This document shows positions 7,926-15,806 of a DNA stretch of 24,000 nt, one piece after another. The translations under genes were made by a program, and so were the position numbers. A model generated the notes under the pieces. It was not told where the DNA came from, did no database searches, and saw nothing but the letters and a program-made list of their open reading frames with translations. Origin of the DNA: Paralcaligenes ureilyticus (lineage in GTDB: Bacteria > Pseudomonadota > Gammaproteobacteria > Burkholderiales > Burkholderiaceae_B); assembly GCF_004346225.1 (NCBI RefSeq), contig NZ_SMAJ01000002.1:403417-427416 (forward strand). Reading direction: 5' to 3'. Positions within the stretch are counted from its first letter, which is position 1. Every line of letters starts with the position of its first letter.

Positions 7926-9956
7926 ATGTTTACCCGATATCCATTCGTACGATCTTTGTGGGGCCTTTTATGCGCACTGGCCCTCATAGCCGGCTGCGCA
8001 CGCGACATCCCCGTCTACACGCCGCCCGATCAACGCCCGGTGCAAGCCTCCCAATTACCCTGGCCGGCAAACCAATTCCTGACGCTGGCCTATCACGATA
8101 TCGAAGACAGCGATCCCGACCAGACTTTCGTTGCTGTACGCACCGACCATTTTGTGCAACAGATGGCGTGGCTGCGTGAAAATGGCTATCAACCGGTCTC
8201 GGTCGATCAGATCCTGGCAGCCCGGCAAGGCGGCAAGCCGCTTCCCGCCAAAGCCATATTGCTTACCTTTGACGATGGCTTCAGCAGCTTCTACACACGC
8301 GCATTCCCGATTCTGAAAGCTTACGGATGGCCTTCCGTTCTGGCGCCCGAAGGCGCCTGGATAGATACGCCGGCAAACCAAAAGGAAGATTTCGGCGGTG
8401 TGCCGATCAAGCGTGATCGCATGCTCACCTGGTCGCAGATACGGGAAATGTCGCAATCGGGGCTGGTAGAAATCGGGGCGCACACCGACGCCTTGCATCA
8501 CGGCATGCTGGCCAATCCACAAGGCAATATGGAGCCTGCCGCGACAATTCGCAGCTATAACCCCGAGACCCATCAATATGAAACCGAAGCTGCCTTCAAG
8601 GCTCGGCTCGCGCACGACATAGAACAGATCACACAGAAGGTGCGTCGAGTCACCGGCCGCGCGCCCCGCGTATGGATCTGGCCCTATGGTGAAGCAAGCG
8701 GCACCGCATTGACGATCATCGGCGCCCACGGCTACTCGATGGCGTTCACCCTGGACGATGGCGCAAACACGCTTGATCGGCTGATGAGCAGCCCCCGCCT
8801 GTTGATAACGCCCGACCCGCCCATCCAGGACTTTGCCAGCGCGGTGGCCCGCAGGGCCGATAGCCCCGTCATCCGGGTGGCGCATGTTGATCTCGATCAG
8901 GTCTACGACCCGGATCCCGCACAAACCGAACGCAATCTGGGCAAGCTGGTGCAGCGGATTTCCGATATGCAAATCACCACCGTTTTCCTGCAGGCCTTTG
9001 CCGATCCCGCCGGTGATGGGCTGGTGAAATCGGTGTACTTCCCCACTCACGTCCTTCCGATGCGCGCCGACCTGTTCAATCGGGCCGCCTGGCAGCTGCG
9101 CACACGTGCGCATGTGGAGATCTACGCCTGGATGCCGGTGCTCAGTTTTGATCTGGATGCCAAACTGGCCCGCGTTACCCGCTGGGTTCCGGCCACTGGC
9201 AAGGCCACCGTCGACCCGCGGCAATACCGTCGTTTGTCGCCGTTCGACCCCAATGCGCGCAAACAGATCATTCAACTCTATGAAGACCTGGCTCGTTCGG
9301 CAATCTTTGACGGGATCCTGTACCACGACGACGCCACCTTGTCCGATTTCGAGGATGCCGGGCCTCAAGCATTGGCGGCCTACCGCGCGGCAGGGTTGCC
9401 CGGCACGATCGAAGCGCTGCGCAGCGATCCGGCAACCCTGCAACGCTGGACACGCTTCAAAAGCCGCACCCTGATCGACTTCACCAACACGCTTACCCAA
9501 CATGTGCGCGCCATACGAGGCCCAAGAATTAAAACGGCCCGCAATATCTTCGCCATGCCAATACTGAACCCGAAAAGCGAAGCGTGGTTCGCCCAGAACC
9601 TGGACGATTTCCTGGCCAACTATGACTGGACCGCACCGATGGCCATGCCTTTGATGGAAAATGTTCCCGCCCGCGAAGCCGACGCATGGCTCGATCATCT
9701 GGTCGACACCGTGGCCACCCGCCCCGGCGCTTTGAAGAAAACCGTATTCGAACTGCAAAGCCGCGATTGGCGCGCGCAGCCCGGGAAAATTGATACCGGG
9801 CACATCGACTCGGCCCTGCTTGCTCACTGGATGGAACGCCTGCAGTTGCGCGGAGCAGGCAGCTTTGGCTATTACCCCGACGATTTCGCGCAAAATCAAC
9901 CCAGGCTGGAGATAATCAGGCCGGCGATTTCGACCGCCTGGTACCCGTTCAAATGA
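7926..9956 (+). CDS. pgaB: PNAG N-deacetylase lipoprotein PgaB
   Basis: 676 aa with a lipobox (LIAGC). The N-terminal CE4 polysaccharide deacetylase domain carries LTFDDGF and downstream His motifs, followed by a C-terminal glycoside-hydrolase-like domain. Position and size match PgaB/BpsB. Confidence 0.92.
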   Translation: MFTRYPFVRSLWGLLCALALIAGCARDIPVYTPPDQRPVQASQLPWPANQFLTLAYHDIEDSDPDQTFVAVRTDHFVQQMAWLRENGYQPVSVDQILAARQGGKPLPAKAILLTFDDGFSSFYTRAFPILKAYGWPSVLAPEGAWIDTPANQKEDFGGVPIKRDRMLTWSQIREMSQSGLVEIGAHTDALHHGMLANPQGNMEPAATIRSYNPETHQYETEAAFKARLAHDIEQITQKVRRVTGRAPRVWIWPYGEASGTALTIIGAHGYSMAFTLDDGANTLDRLMSSPRLLITPDPPIQDFASAVARRADSPVIRVAHVDLDQVYDPDPAQTERNLGKLVQRISDMQITTVFLQAFADPAGDGLVKSVYFPTHVLPMRADLFNRAAWQLRTRAHVEIYAWMPVLSFDLDAKLARVTRWVPATGKATVDPRQYRRLSPFDPNARKQIIQLYEDLARSAIFDGILYHDDATLSDFEDAGPQALAAYRAAGLPGTIEALRSDPATLQRWTRFKSRTLIDFTNTLTQHVRAIRGPRIKTARNIFAMPILNPKSEAWFAQNLDDFLANYDWTAPMAMPLMENVPAREADAWLDHLVDTVATRPGALKKTVFELQSRDWRAQPGKIDTGHIDSALLAHWMERLQLRGAGSFGYYPDDFAQNQPRLEIIRPAISTAWYPFK

Positions 9957-11290
9957 TCGACCGACTGCTTGCCCTTCTGGTCCTGTGCGTCGTACTTGGC
10001 GCGCCTCTTGGCATGGCCATGGCGTTCACCAGCACGATGCTGCTGAATTTCATCTTTTTCTACCCGCTTTTCATGTCCGGGATCTGGATTGCGGGCGGCC
10101 TCTGTTTCTGGCTCCACTGGGAGAGGCACTGGACGTGGGGCCCAGGACAGCCGGCTCCGATCCTGCCGGGCAACCCTCTCATCACCATTCTGGTTCCCTG
10201 CCACAACGAAGAGGAACATGGCGAAGAAACCCTGCTGGCCGCGCTGGGCCAACGCTATTCGAACATCGAAGTCATTGCCGTCAACGATGGCTCGACCGAC
10301 AACACAGCCGCCCTGTTCGATGCAATGGCCGCTCGCCACCCGCGGTTGCGGGTCATTCATCTGGCGCAGAACCAGGGTAAAGCCATGGGGCTGTGCATGG
10401 GTGCGATGGCGGCGCGCGGCGAATACATCGTTTGCATCGATGGCGATGCATTGCTGGACCCGGACGCCGCCGCCTATCTGGTTGCCCCTCTGGTAAATCA
10501 TCCGCGCGTGGGTGCTGTGACGGGAAACCCGCGGGTTCGAACCCGCTCCACCCTGATCGGACGCATCCAGGTGGGCGAGTTTTCGTCGATTATCGGCCTG
10601 ATCAAGCGCACTCAACGCCTTTACGGCCAGGTGTTCAGCGTATCCGGTGTGGTCACGGCCTTTCGGCGCCAGGCGCTTGACCAGGTGGGCTACTGGAGCC
10701 TGGACATGATCACTGAAGACATCGACATCACATGGAAACTGCAGCGCGATCAGTGGGAAGTTTTCTATGAGCCACGCGGACTATGCTGGATTCTCATGCC
10801 CGAAACACTGCGAGGCTTGTGGAAGCAGCGCTTGCGTTGGGCACAGGGAGGAGCGGAGGTATTCCTGAAAAATCTGGATTGCATCGGGCGTTGGAAAAGC
10901 CGCCGCCTGTGGCCCTTGATGTTCGAATTCAGCCTGTCAACCGCCTGGGCCTTTTCCCTGACTCTGTCCATTGTCCTGTGGAGCTTGGGCCAGGTTGTCG
11001 AATTGCCTGCGGCAATTCGGGTTACGGCCCTGTTTCCGCCTTCGTTTACGGGCCTGGTATTGGCCCTGGTGTGCCTGTTGCAGTTCGCCATCAGCGTCCT
11101 TATCGACCGTCGGTACGAGCCCGGTTTAGTACGTTCGCTGTATTGGATTATTTGGTACCCCTTCGTATATTGGATCATCAGCCTGTGCACGACTTTGTGC
11201 AGTTTCCCCAAGGTTGCGCTGCGTATCCGCCGCCAACGCGCACGCTGGACCAGTCCCGATCGCGGCATCAAGGAATTGAGGAAATCATGA
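9953..11290 (+). CDS. pgaC: PNAG synthase PgaC (GT2 processive glycosyltransferase)
   Basis: 445 aa, multi-pass membrane protein with a GT2 core ([34 protein letters not shown]). The ATG overlaps the pgaB stop (ATGA). Confidence 0.95.
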   Translation: MIDRLLALLVLCVVLGAPLGMAMAFTSTMLLNFIFFYPLFMSGIWIAGGLCFWLHWERHWTWGPGQPAPILPGNPLITILVPCHNEEEHGEETLLAALGQRYSNIEVIAVNDGSTDNTAALFDAMAARHPRLRVIHLAQNQGKAMGLCMGAMAARGEYIVCIDGDALLDPDAAAYLVAPLVNHPRVGAVTGNPRVRTRSTLIGRIQVGEFSSIIGLIKRTQRLYGQVFSVSGVVTAFRRQALDQVGYWSLDMITEDIDITWKLQRDQWEVFYEPRGLCWILMPETLRGLWKQRLRWAQGGAEVFLKNLDCIGRWKSRRLWPLMFEFSLSTAWAFSLTLSIVLWSLGQVVELPAAIRVTALFPPSFTGLVLALVCLLQFAISVLIDRRYEPGLVRSLYWIIWYPFVYWIISLCTTLCSFPKVALRIRRQRARWTSPDRGIKELRKS

Positions 11291-11757
11291 TTATCAATAC
11301 ACGCTGTTCCCTCTTTGCAATGATTATCGACGCCCTGATGACGGCCGTTGGCTGGGTCGGCTTCTATTATCTGCTGAGCCAAGGCTTCCCGACGTTAAGC
11401 GCAAGCCCGCTTGATGTGGTGCAAGCACCGCTGCCGACGCCGTGGCTGCCGACGCTCCTCACCCTATCCATTTACCTCACCGTTGCCGCATTCAACGCGC
11501 TCTTGCTAATGCTCTGGGTGCGATATCACAAATTGTTTTTCATCAAGCTGAGGCGCCATGGGACGCCGTCAAATCTGAACGATAATGCAGTAGCGTCCAG
11601 TTTCATGTTGTCATGTAATTTGTTGCACAAGCTGCAAGACAGCCGCGTTTCGGTGATCCATCATAATGCCCGCGGCGATATCGCCCGCCTTGAGCTCGAC
11701 GAGCTCCTGCAGCCGCCCAGCAATTGCGAAATCTTTGAACTCACGCGCGCAGCCTAA
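11287..11757 (+). CDS. pgaD: PNAG biosynthesis protein PgaD (small two-TM partner of PgaC)
   Basis: ATG at 11287 overlaps the pgaC stop (ATGA). 156 aa with two predicted TM segments ([22 protein letters not shown]; [22 protein letters not shown]) and a basic juxtamembrane stretch. Called mostly from position and topology. The track ORF 10783..11757 extends upstream only as out-of-frame read-through of pgaC. Confidence 0.75.
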   Translation: MIINTRCSLFAMIIDALMTAVGWVGFYYLLSQGFPTLSASPLDVVQAPLPTPWLPTLLTLSIYLTVAAFNALLLMLWVRYHKLFFIKLRRHGTPSNLNDNAVASSFMLSCNLLHKLQDSRVSVIHHNARGDIARLELDELLQPPSNCEIFELTRAA

Positions 11758-11791
11758 GGGCTGGCGTTGCGGTTTCGATTTGCGGCGATCG

Positions 11792-11976
11792 TGGCAGCCA
11801 CAAGGGCTGCCGCTACATGATTCCTGCGGGTGATGGTCGTATTTGGCTCGTGGAATTTTGGCAGCCACAAGGGCTGCCACTACATGATTGACGGGTACGT
11901 ATTTGTAGCGGCACCCCTTGTGGGTGCCATCCAAACGACGATTATGTTTTTGTGGCGGCACCCTTTGTGGGTGCCA
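11792..11976. repeat. Cluster of four REP units in nested forward-forward-reverse-reverse order
   Basis: Units lie at 11792-11816 (forward), 11859-11883 (forward, CACTAC tail), 11905-11929 (reverse) and 11952-11976 (reverse, GTGG head). The inner pair forms a 71-bp doublet with a 21-nt spacer. The cluster starts 35 nt after the pgaD stop. Confidence 0.85.
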
Positions 11977-11977
11977 T

Positions 11978-12119
11978 CTCACCACGCTTATAAACACCCT
12001 CTCATCACGCACCTTGCTGGTGCCCCATCACCGCACCTTCCGCGAGCATTACCTCACCGCGCACCTTACGAGTGCGATCTCACCGCGCATTCATACCGAC
12101 GGTTTACCTCATCCGGCGG
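11978..12119 (+). repeat. Imperfect tandem array of 5-6 units of CTCAYCRCGCACCTT-like sequence with a ~23-29-bp period
   Basis: Units start at about 11978 (ctcaccacgc), 12001 (ctcatcacgcacctt), 12026 (catcaccgcacctt), 12053 (ctcaccgcgcacctt), 12079 (ctcaccgcgcatt) and 12108 (ctcatccggcgg). Non-coding context between the REP cluster and csgE. Confidence 0.45.
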
Positions 12120-12388
12120 ATAAGCAGCGCGCCGGCAGCCTGCATTCCAACCGATGGTCTAGAACGTCCGGCTGGCAAGGGTTTACATCATCTAACCTAT
12201 TTTTTAAAGCACTTGTCACGCCTAAGATTTGCCTCATCAACCGCGATTTCAAAACGTTAAAACCGTAGCAGTTGTAAGCGAAAGAAATAATACGAGCAGG
12301 GGCGAAGCAAACAAAATTCGGTAGTGACCCAGGGCCTGGAACATAACGCATTGCCACATTCCATTTGGCTTGTCCGCAATAAAGAACC

Positions 12389-12404
12389 TGGAACATGTAT
12401 TGCA
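12389..12404 (+). promoter_or_regulatory. Sigma-54-like -24/-12 motif upstream of csgE
   Basis: TGGAACatgtaTTGCA against the consensus TGGCAC-N5-TTGCW, with GG and GC at the canonical N10 spacing. Caveat: the predicted start site (~12414) leaves only ~10 nt of leader before the GTG at 12425, and no enhancer-binding protein gene is in the window. Confidence 0.25.
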
Positions 12405-12424
12405 ATAGATAAAGGAAGAACAAG

Positions 12425-12874
12425 GTGCAATTGACGATAAAAAAATTGAGCGCACTGATATTTCTTATTGTGACTCCAGTTGCGTACTCAAAATCCTTGC
12501 CGCCTGCCGCCGACAGCCAAAGCCTGGACCACGGAAGCCTCAGCGACGAGCCCCTGGCCGGTGTGGTCATCAACCGAACCGTCACGGTTCTGGGCTGGGA
12601 TTTTTATCAGAATTTTGCGGCGATATGGCGGGCCAAGTTTGCGGACAGCCGATATACGGTTTCAGTGCATGAGCGGCCCACGGCCCAGTTTGGCAGCGAA
12701 ATGTGGGTTGAGTACAAGCAGAAACGCATGTTTCACGCGTTCCTGGCACCGGCCAGATCCGCCACAAAGCCCGTAGCGGCTGCGGCGGTGGATATGGTTT
12801 ACAAAAATATCATCGATAGCAATGTTCAAAGTTTGTTGTTTACCGATGTGGACTTAGCACCTGAGGAGATGTAA
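12425..12874 (+). CDS. csgE: Curli production assembly/transport component CsgE
   Basis: 149 aa with a signal peptide (KKLSALIFLIVTPVAYS). INRTVTVLGWDFYQNF...ERPTAQFGSEMWV...DVDLAPEEM parallels E. coli CsgE (VSSIGHDFYRAF...ERPSARWGSWI...GDLAHDEF, from memory). GTG start with AGGAAG upstream; TTG at 12431 is an alternative. Confidence 0.88.
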   Translation: MQLTIKKLSALIFLIVTPVAYSKSLPPAADSQSLDHGSLSDEPLAGVVINRTVTVLGWDFYQNFAAIWRAKFADSRYTVSVHERPTAQFGSEMWVEYKQKRMFHAFLAPARSATKPVAAAAVDMVYKNIIDSNVQSLLFTDVDLAPEEM

Positions 12875-13339
12875 ATGAAAAACACAAGGATGTCCACGCA
12901 AATCAAATCCGGCTTGCGCGTGTCCATGGTGCTTCTGGCATGGGCCGCTTGCGGATCTGCATACGCCACAGAAATGGTCTATGTTCCCCTGAACCCGTCG
13001 TTCGGCGGCAACCCGCTCAATGGCCCCAATCTTCTGAACACGGCCCAGGCAACCAACACGCACACCGATCCGAATGCGCCCGACCTGAGTGCGCTTGGGG
13101 CGGCAACGCAACAAACCCCCTTGCAACAGTTCAACGATACGTTGCAGCGCTCGATTCTCAGCAGCGTGGCAGCGTCGGCCACTTCGTCGATCATCGGCCC
13201 TAACGGCACGCTGCACCCCGGCACAATCCAGACGGGCAACTTCACCATCAGCGTTGTGGATGCGGGCGGCGGGCTGCTGACGATCACCACCACCGACAAA
13301 ACCACCGGCGCTCAGACTTCCTTTCAGGTGGGGCAATGA
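12875..13339 (+). CDS. csgF: Curli assembly component CsgF
   Basis: 154 aa. After the signal peptide (...AACGSAYA), TEMVYVPLNPSFGGNPLNGPNLLNTAQATN parallels E. coli CsgF ([30 protein letters not shown]). The C-terminal TTDKTTGAQTSFQV parallels VTDRKTGQTSTIQV. The ATG directly follows the csgE TAA, with GAGGAG upstream. Confidence 0.9.
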   Translation: MKNTRMSTQIKSGLRVSMVLLAWAACGSAYATEMVYVPLNPSFGGNPLNGPNLLNTAQATNTHTDPNAPDLSALGAATQQTPLQQFNDTLQRSILSSVAASATSSIIGPNGTLHPGTIQTGNFTISVVDAGGGLLTITTTDKTTGAQTSFQVGQ

Positions 13340-14277
13340 ACGCGCCGCGCAGGTCCCGCGCCCTAGGGCTTCGCAGGCGATCCAGCCTGGTGTGCACGGC
13401 TGCCCTGGCAACAGTATTGCTGGGCGCGTGTGCCGCGCCACGTACACCTTCGCAGGTAATGGATGCCGCGCAACTCACGCCCGCCACACCATCCACAAGC
13501 GATTTGCTCAAGCTTCCTTTACCGGCGAAAAAAACCGTGGTGGCCGTTTACGGCTTCCGGGATCAGACAGGGCAATACAAGCCCAGCCCCGACAGCTCTT
13601 TTTCAACCTCGGTGACACAAGGCGCGGCCTCCATGCTGATCAAGGCGCTCAACGATTCGCACTGGTTCATACCGGTCGAGCGCGAAGGCCTGCAAGAACT
13701 TCTGACCGAACGCCGGATCATTCGCGCCGAAGCGCCGCCGGTGCCCAAGGGAGCGCCGCCGATCAACAACGTACCTGCTTTGATGCCGGCGTCGATCATG
13801 ATTGGCGGAGGCATCGTCGCCTATGAAAGCAATGTGCGTACCGGCGGGGCAGGCGCCAATTTCCTGGGTATAGGGTTATCGACGCAATACCGGGTCGATC
13901 AGGTCACGATAAACCTGCGCACCATCAACGTTGACACGGGCCAGATACTGGAAAGCGTCTCCACGACCAAGACTATCTTTTCCTATGAAATCAATCCAAG
14001 CGTATTCAAGTTTGTCAATTTCAAGGATTTGCTGCAAATCGAAGCCGGCGTCACCAACAACGAACCCGGACAACTTTGCGTGAAAGAAGCCATTGAAGCG
14101 GCCGTTTTGCATTTGACAGTGCAAGGCCTGAAAGACCACACCTGGGCGCTGAAAAATCCTAATGATTGGAACTCGCCCGTTATTCAGCACTACGTGAATG
14201 CGGAAAGAAACTATGCGATAGCGGCGATGAAACCCGCCAACACCGCGCCCAGTGTCACCCCTCAGCCAACCCCCTGA
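13336..14277 (+). CDS. csgG: Curli secretion channel lipoprotein CsgG
   Basis: 313 aa with a lipobox (VLLGAC) after a long Arg-rich n-region. The CsgG core reads VAVYGFRDQTGQYKP...STSVTQGAASMLIKALNDSHWFIPVEREGLQELLTERRIIR. The ATG overlaps the csgF stop (ATGA). It appears longer than E. coli CsgG as I recall it, from extra N- and C-terminal residues. Confidence 0.93.
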   Translation: MNAPRRSRALGLRRRSSLVCTAALATVLLGACAAPRTPSQVMDAAQLTPATPSTSDLLKLPLPAKKTVVAVYGFRDQTGQYKPSPDSSFSTSVTQGAASMLIKALNDSHWFIPVEREGLQELLTERRIIRAEAPPVPKGAPPINNVPALMPASIMIGGGIVAYESNVRTGGAGANFLGIGLSTQYRVDQVTINLRTINVDTGQILESVSTTKTIFSYEINPSVFKFVNFKDLLQIEAGVTNNEPGQLCVKEAIEAAVLHLTVQGLKDHTWALKNPNDWNSPVIQHYVNAERNYAIAAMKPANTAPSVTPQPTP

Positions 14278-14324
14278 GCGGACGACCCACCCGAAATACA
14301 CAAATTGACCATTTGGAGAACGCC

Positions 14325-14873
14325 ATGATCGATTCAATACGCTCACGATACGGTGGAAGCGAACCCCGTCGATACGGGCACGCCCTGCTGCTCGCATTGG
14401 CCTTGACGGCTCTGGGAACTCAGGCCGGGTACTGCCTCGACACCGATCTGGGCGCCCCGCCCGAACTGACCCTGGGCGATTCCACTGCAAGCATATTTCA
14501 GATTGGACGGCAAAACACCGCCGGCGTGCAACAGCAAGGGTCATTGAACACGGCGCGACTCAGCCAGGCGGGGTCCGACAACGGGATCAGCGCCGCGCAA
14601 CAAGGCAACGGCAACTCGGCGTTCCTGACCCAGGCTGGCGCGGAAAACCTGATCAGCCTCGCCCAATACGGGAATGCCAACTATGCCTCGGCGGCGCAAT
14701 TCGGTTACGCCAACACCGCGGCCGTGGCGCAATTCAACAATGCGGGCGATGCGCGAATCGCCCAGGTCGGCAATCTGGATTCCGCCACCGTCATCACGCT
14801 ATCGGCAGGGGCTCCGCCCGTGAAACTTAACCAGTACGGCAACGGAGCCGTTGCAAAAGTTATCCAGTACTAA
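14325..14873 (+). CDS. csgB: Curlin-repeat subunit, first of two (CsgB-like by position)
   Basis: ATG at 14325 with GGAGA 5 nt upstream; the track ORF from 14166 overlaps the csgG 3' end and is not credible. 182 aa with a signal peptide (HALLLALALTALGTQAG). It has repeated Q-x-G-x-x-N-x-A-x3-Q motifs (FQIGRQNTAGVQQ, SQAGSDNGISAAQ, TQAGAENLISLAQ, QYGNANYASAAQ, QFGYANTAAVAQ...). The minor-versus-major assignment rests on gene order only. Confidence 0.8.
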   Translation: MIDSIRSRYGGSEPRRYGHALLLALALTALGTQAGYCLDTDLGAPPELTLGDSTASIFQIGRQNTAGVQQQGSLNTARLSQAGSDNGISAAQQGNGNSAFLTQAGAENLISLAQYGNANYASAAQFGYANTAAVAQFNNAGDARIAQVGNLDSATVITLSAGAPPVKLNQYGNGAVAKVIQY

Positions 14874-14926
14874 AGACCGCTGGGTTGGGCTGCACGTTTC
14901 AGGTCTTAATTTTGAGGAGAATCACA

Positions 14927-15397
14927 ATGAAAACCAGTCTTTCCGCACTTGCTCTAGGTATTGCTGTCGCATTTGGGGCTCCGGCCATGGCAAGCAATAC
15001 TGCAACCGTCGGTCAAACCGGCTATAACAACGACGCTAGCATTACGCAAGCGTATAACGATTCGGGGATGTCTTCGATTAGCCAAAACGGCACCTACAAC
15101 ATCGCCAAATCCAACCAGCAAGGCAACGACAGTGCGACCAGCCACATTACTCAAAGCGATTACAACAATTTCGCCGACGTAGACCAGACGCATAATTGGT
15201 CGGCCGATTCAACGGTCATGCAGGATGGCACGTACAACATCGCCAAGGTTAAACAATGGGACGGTTGCGACCTCTCGTCGACGGTGAGCCAGACGGGGTA
15301 TAACAACTACGCCAATGTCAGCCAGACAGGCTGGCACCAAACCGCAACAGCAACCCAGGTCGGTACCTATAACGTCGCCAACATTTCGCAAAAATAA
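14927..15397 (+). CDS. csgA: Curlin-repeat subunit, second of two (CsgA-like by position)
   Basis: ATG at 14927 with GAGGAGA upstream. 156 aa with a signal peptide (MKTSLSALALGIAVAFGAPAMA). Six regular ~22-24-aa repeats each carry Q-x-G-x-Y/N-N-x-A-x3-Q: GQTGYNNDASITQ, SQNGTYNIAKSNQ, TQSDYNNFADVDQ, MQDGTYNIAKVKQ, SQTGYNNYANVSQ, TQVGTYNVANISQ. Confidence 0.85.
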   Translation: MKTSLSALALGIAVAFGAPAMASNTATVGQTGYNNDASITQAYNDSGMSSISQNGTYNIAKSNQQGNDSATSHITQSDYNNFADVDQTHNWSADSTVMQDGTYNIAKVKQWDGCDLSSTVSQTGYNNYANVSQTGWHQTATATQVGTYNVANISQK

Positions 15398-15429
15398 TGA
15401 ATCGACGCTAGCAACAGACGGCAAGCGTG

Positions 15430-15454
15430 CGGGCGGGTATTTTTTACCTGCCCG
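15430..15454 (+). terminator. Stem-loop between the csgA-like and csgC/H-like genes, possibly a partial terminator
   Basis: CGGGCGGGTA-ttttt-TACCTGCCCG forms a 10-bp stem with one G-U pair. Only a weak T-run (ctcttt) follows. It starts 33 nt after the csgA-like stop. Confidence 0.3.
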
Positions 15455-15497
15455 TGCGGCCCTCTTTAGTAGTAAGCAGTTATTCCAGGAGAACAAA

Positions 15498-15806
15498 ATG
15501 GTCGCGGATACCAACTTACAGGTTTGGCTGGAAACCAATGCCAACACAACGCCAAGCATTGTCGTGCCTTATGTGCAAAGTTCGGAAGAAAAAAAGATTC
15601 ACTACGAACTGCACGCCATTAAAAAAGGCCGGGCCGGCACGTCGGAAGTAAGCCAGAGCGGCATCGTCCGGGTTCTTGCCAAGATGCCGACGGCCCTGTC
15701 GGGAATGGCATTGAGCGCCAGCAAGGATGACACTTGCCAAATCGTACTCATTCTGGCCGAAGGCGGCGTGCCTGTCGGCAACTACCATTTTGATTGCCCA
15801 AGATAG
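15498..15806 (+). CDS. Small CsgC/CsgH-like protein (putative curli amyloid-inhibiting chaperone), with no recognisable signal peptide
   Basis: 102 aa. ATG at 15498 with AGGAGA 6 nt upstream. Position matches csgC. The segment IHYELHAIKKGRAGTSEVSQSGIVRVLAKMPTALSGMALSASKDDTCQIVLILAEGG resembles, in pattern and length, E. coli CsgC RVQILSLREGSSGQSQTKQEKTLSLPANQPIALTKLSLNISPDDRVKIVVTVSDG (from memory). The homology is weak and unverified. Confidence 0.5.
   Translation: MVADTNLQVWLETNANTTPSIVVPYVQSSEEKKIHYELHAIKKGRAGTSEVSQSGIVRVLAKMPTALSGMALSASKDDTCQIVLILAEGGVPVGNYHFDCPR

Noticed and set aside
8055-9899. 614-aa ORF antisense to pgaB
   Set aside because: It lies entirely within and opposite a well-supported gene. 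Its Arg/Gly/Ala/Pro-rich composition is typical of antisense frames in GC-rich DNA, and it has no recognisable motifs.
10783-11286. Upstream two thirds of the 324-aa track ORF 10783..11757
   Set aside because: This part is an alternative frame inside pgaC. Only the segment from the ATG at 11287 (overlapping the pgaC stop) behaves like a protein (PgaD: two TM helices).
11792-11976. Possible mini-CRISPR array (25-nt repeats with ~21-nt spacers)
   Set aside because: The repeats are in inverted rather than direct orientation, with only 2-4 per locus. The same unit is scattered at four intergenic loci, the spacers are related to each other, and there are no cas genes. This is REP/BIME-like, not CRISPR.
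11611-12012. Short ORFs containing GSHKGCRY, VAAALVAA or AAPLVGA peptides (also 2125-2307, 4778-4963, 4873-5055, 11830-12123, 19740-19967)
   Set aside because: These peptides are translations of the REP units themselves in various frames, and the ORFs span intergenic repeats. They are not genes.
12335-12355. Distal CCTGGAACAT...ATTGCC box as a second sigma-54 promoter
   Set aside because: The GG to GC spacing is N13 instead of the obligatory N10. It is kept only as a direct repeat of the proximal box.
12109-12585. 158-aa - strand ORF spanning the csgE start region
   Set aside because: It overlaps the csgE signal-peptide region in antisense, runs through low-complexity AT-rich DNA, and has no SD or motifs.
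14166-14324. N-terminal extensions of track ORFs for the curlin and neighbouring genes (14166-14324, 14885-14926, 15315-15497, 2525-2551)
   Set aside because: The extensions overlap the preceding gene or lack an SD. The internal ATGs at 14325, 14927, 15498 and 2552 each have a well-spaced SD, and three of the four yield proper signal peptides or the known N-terminus.
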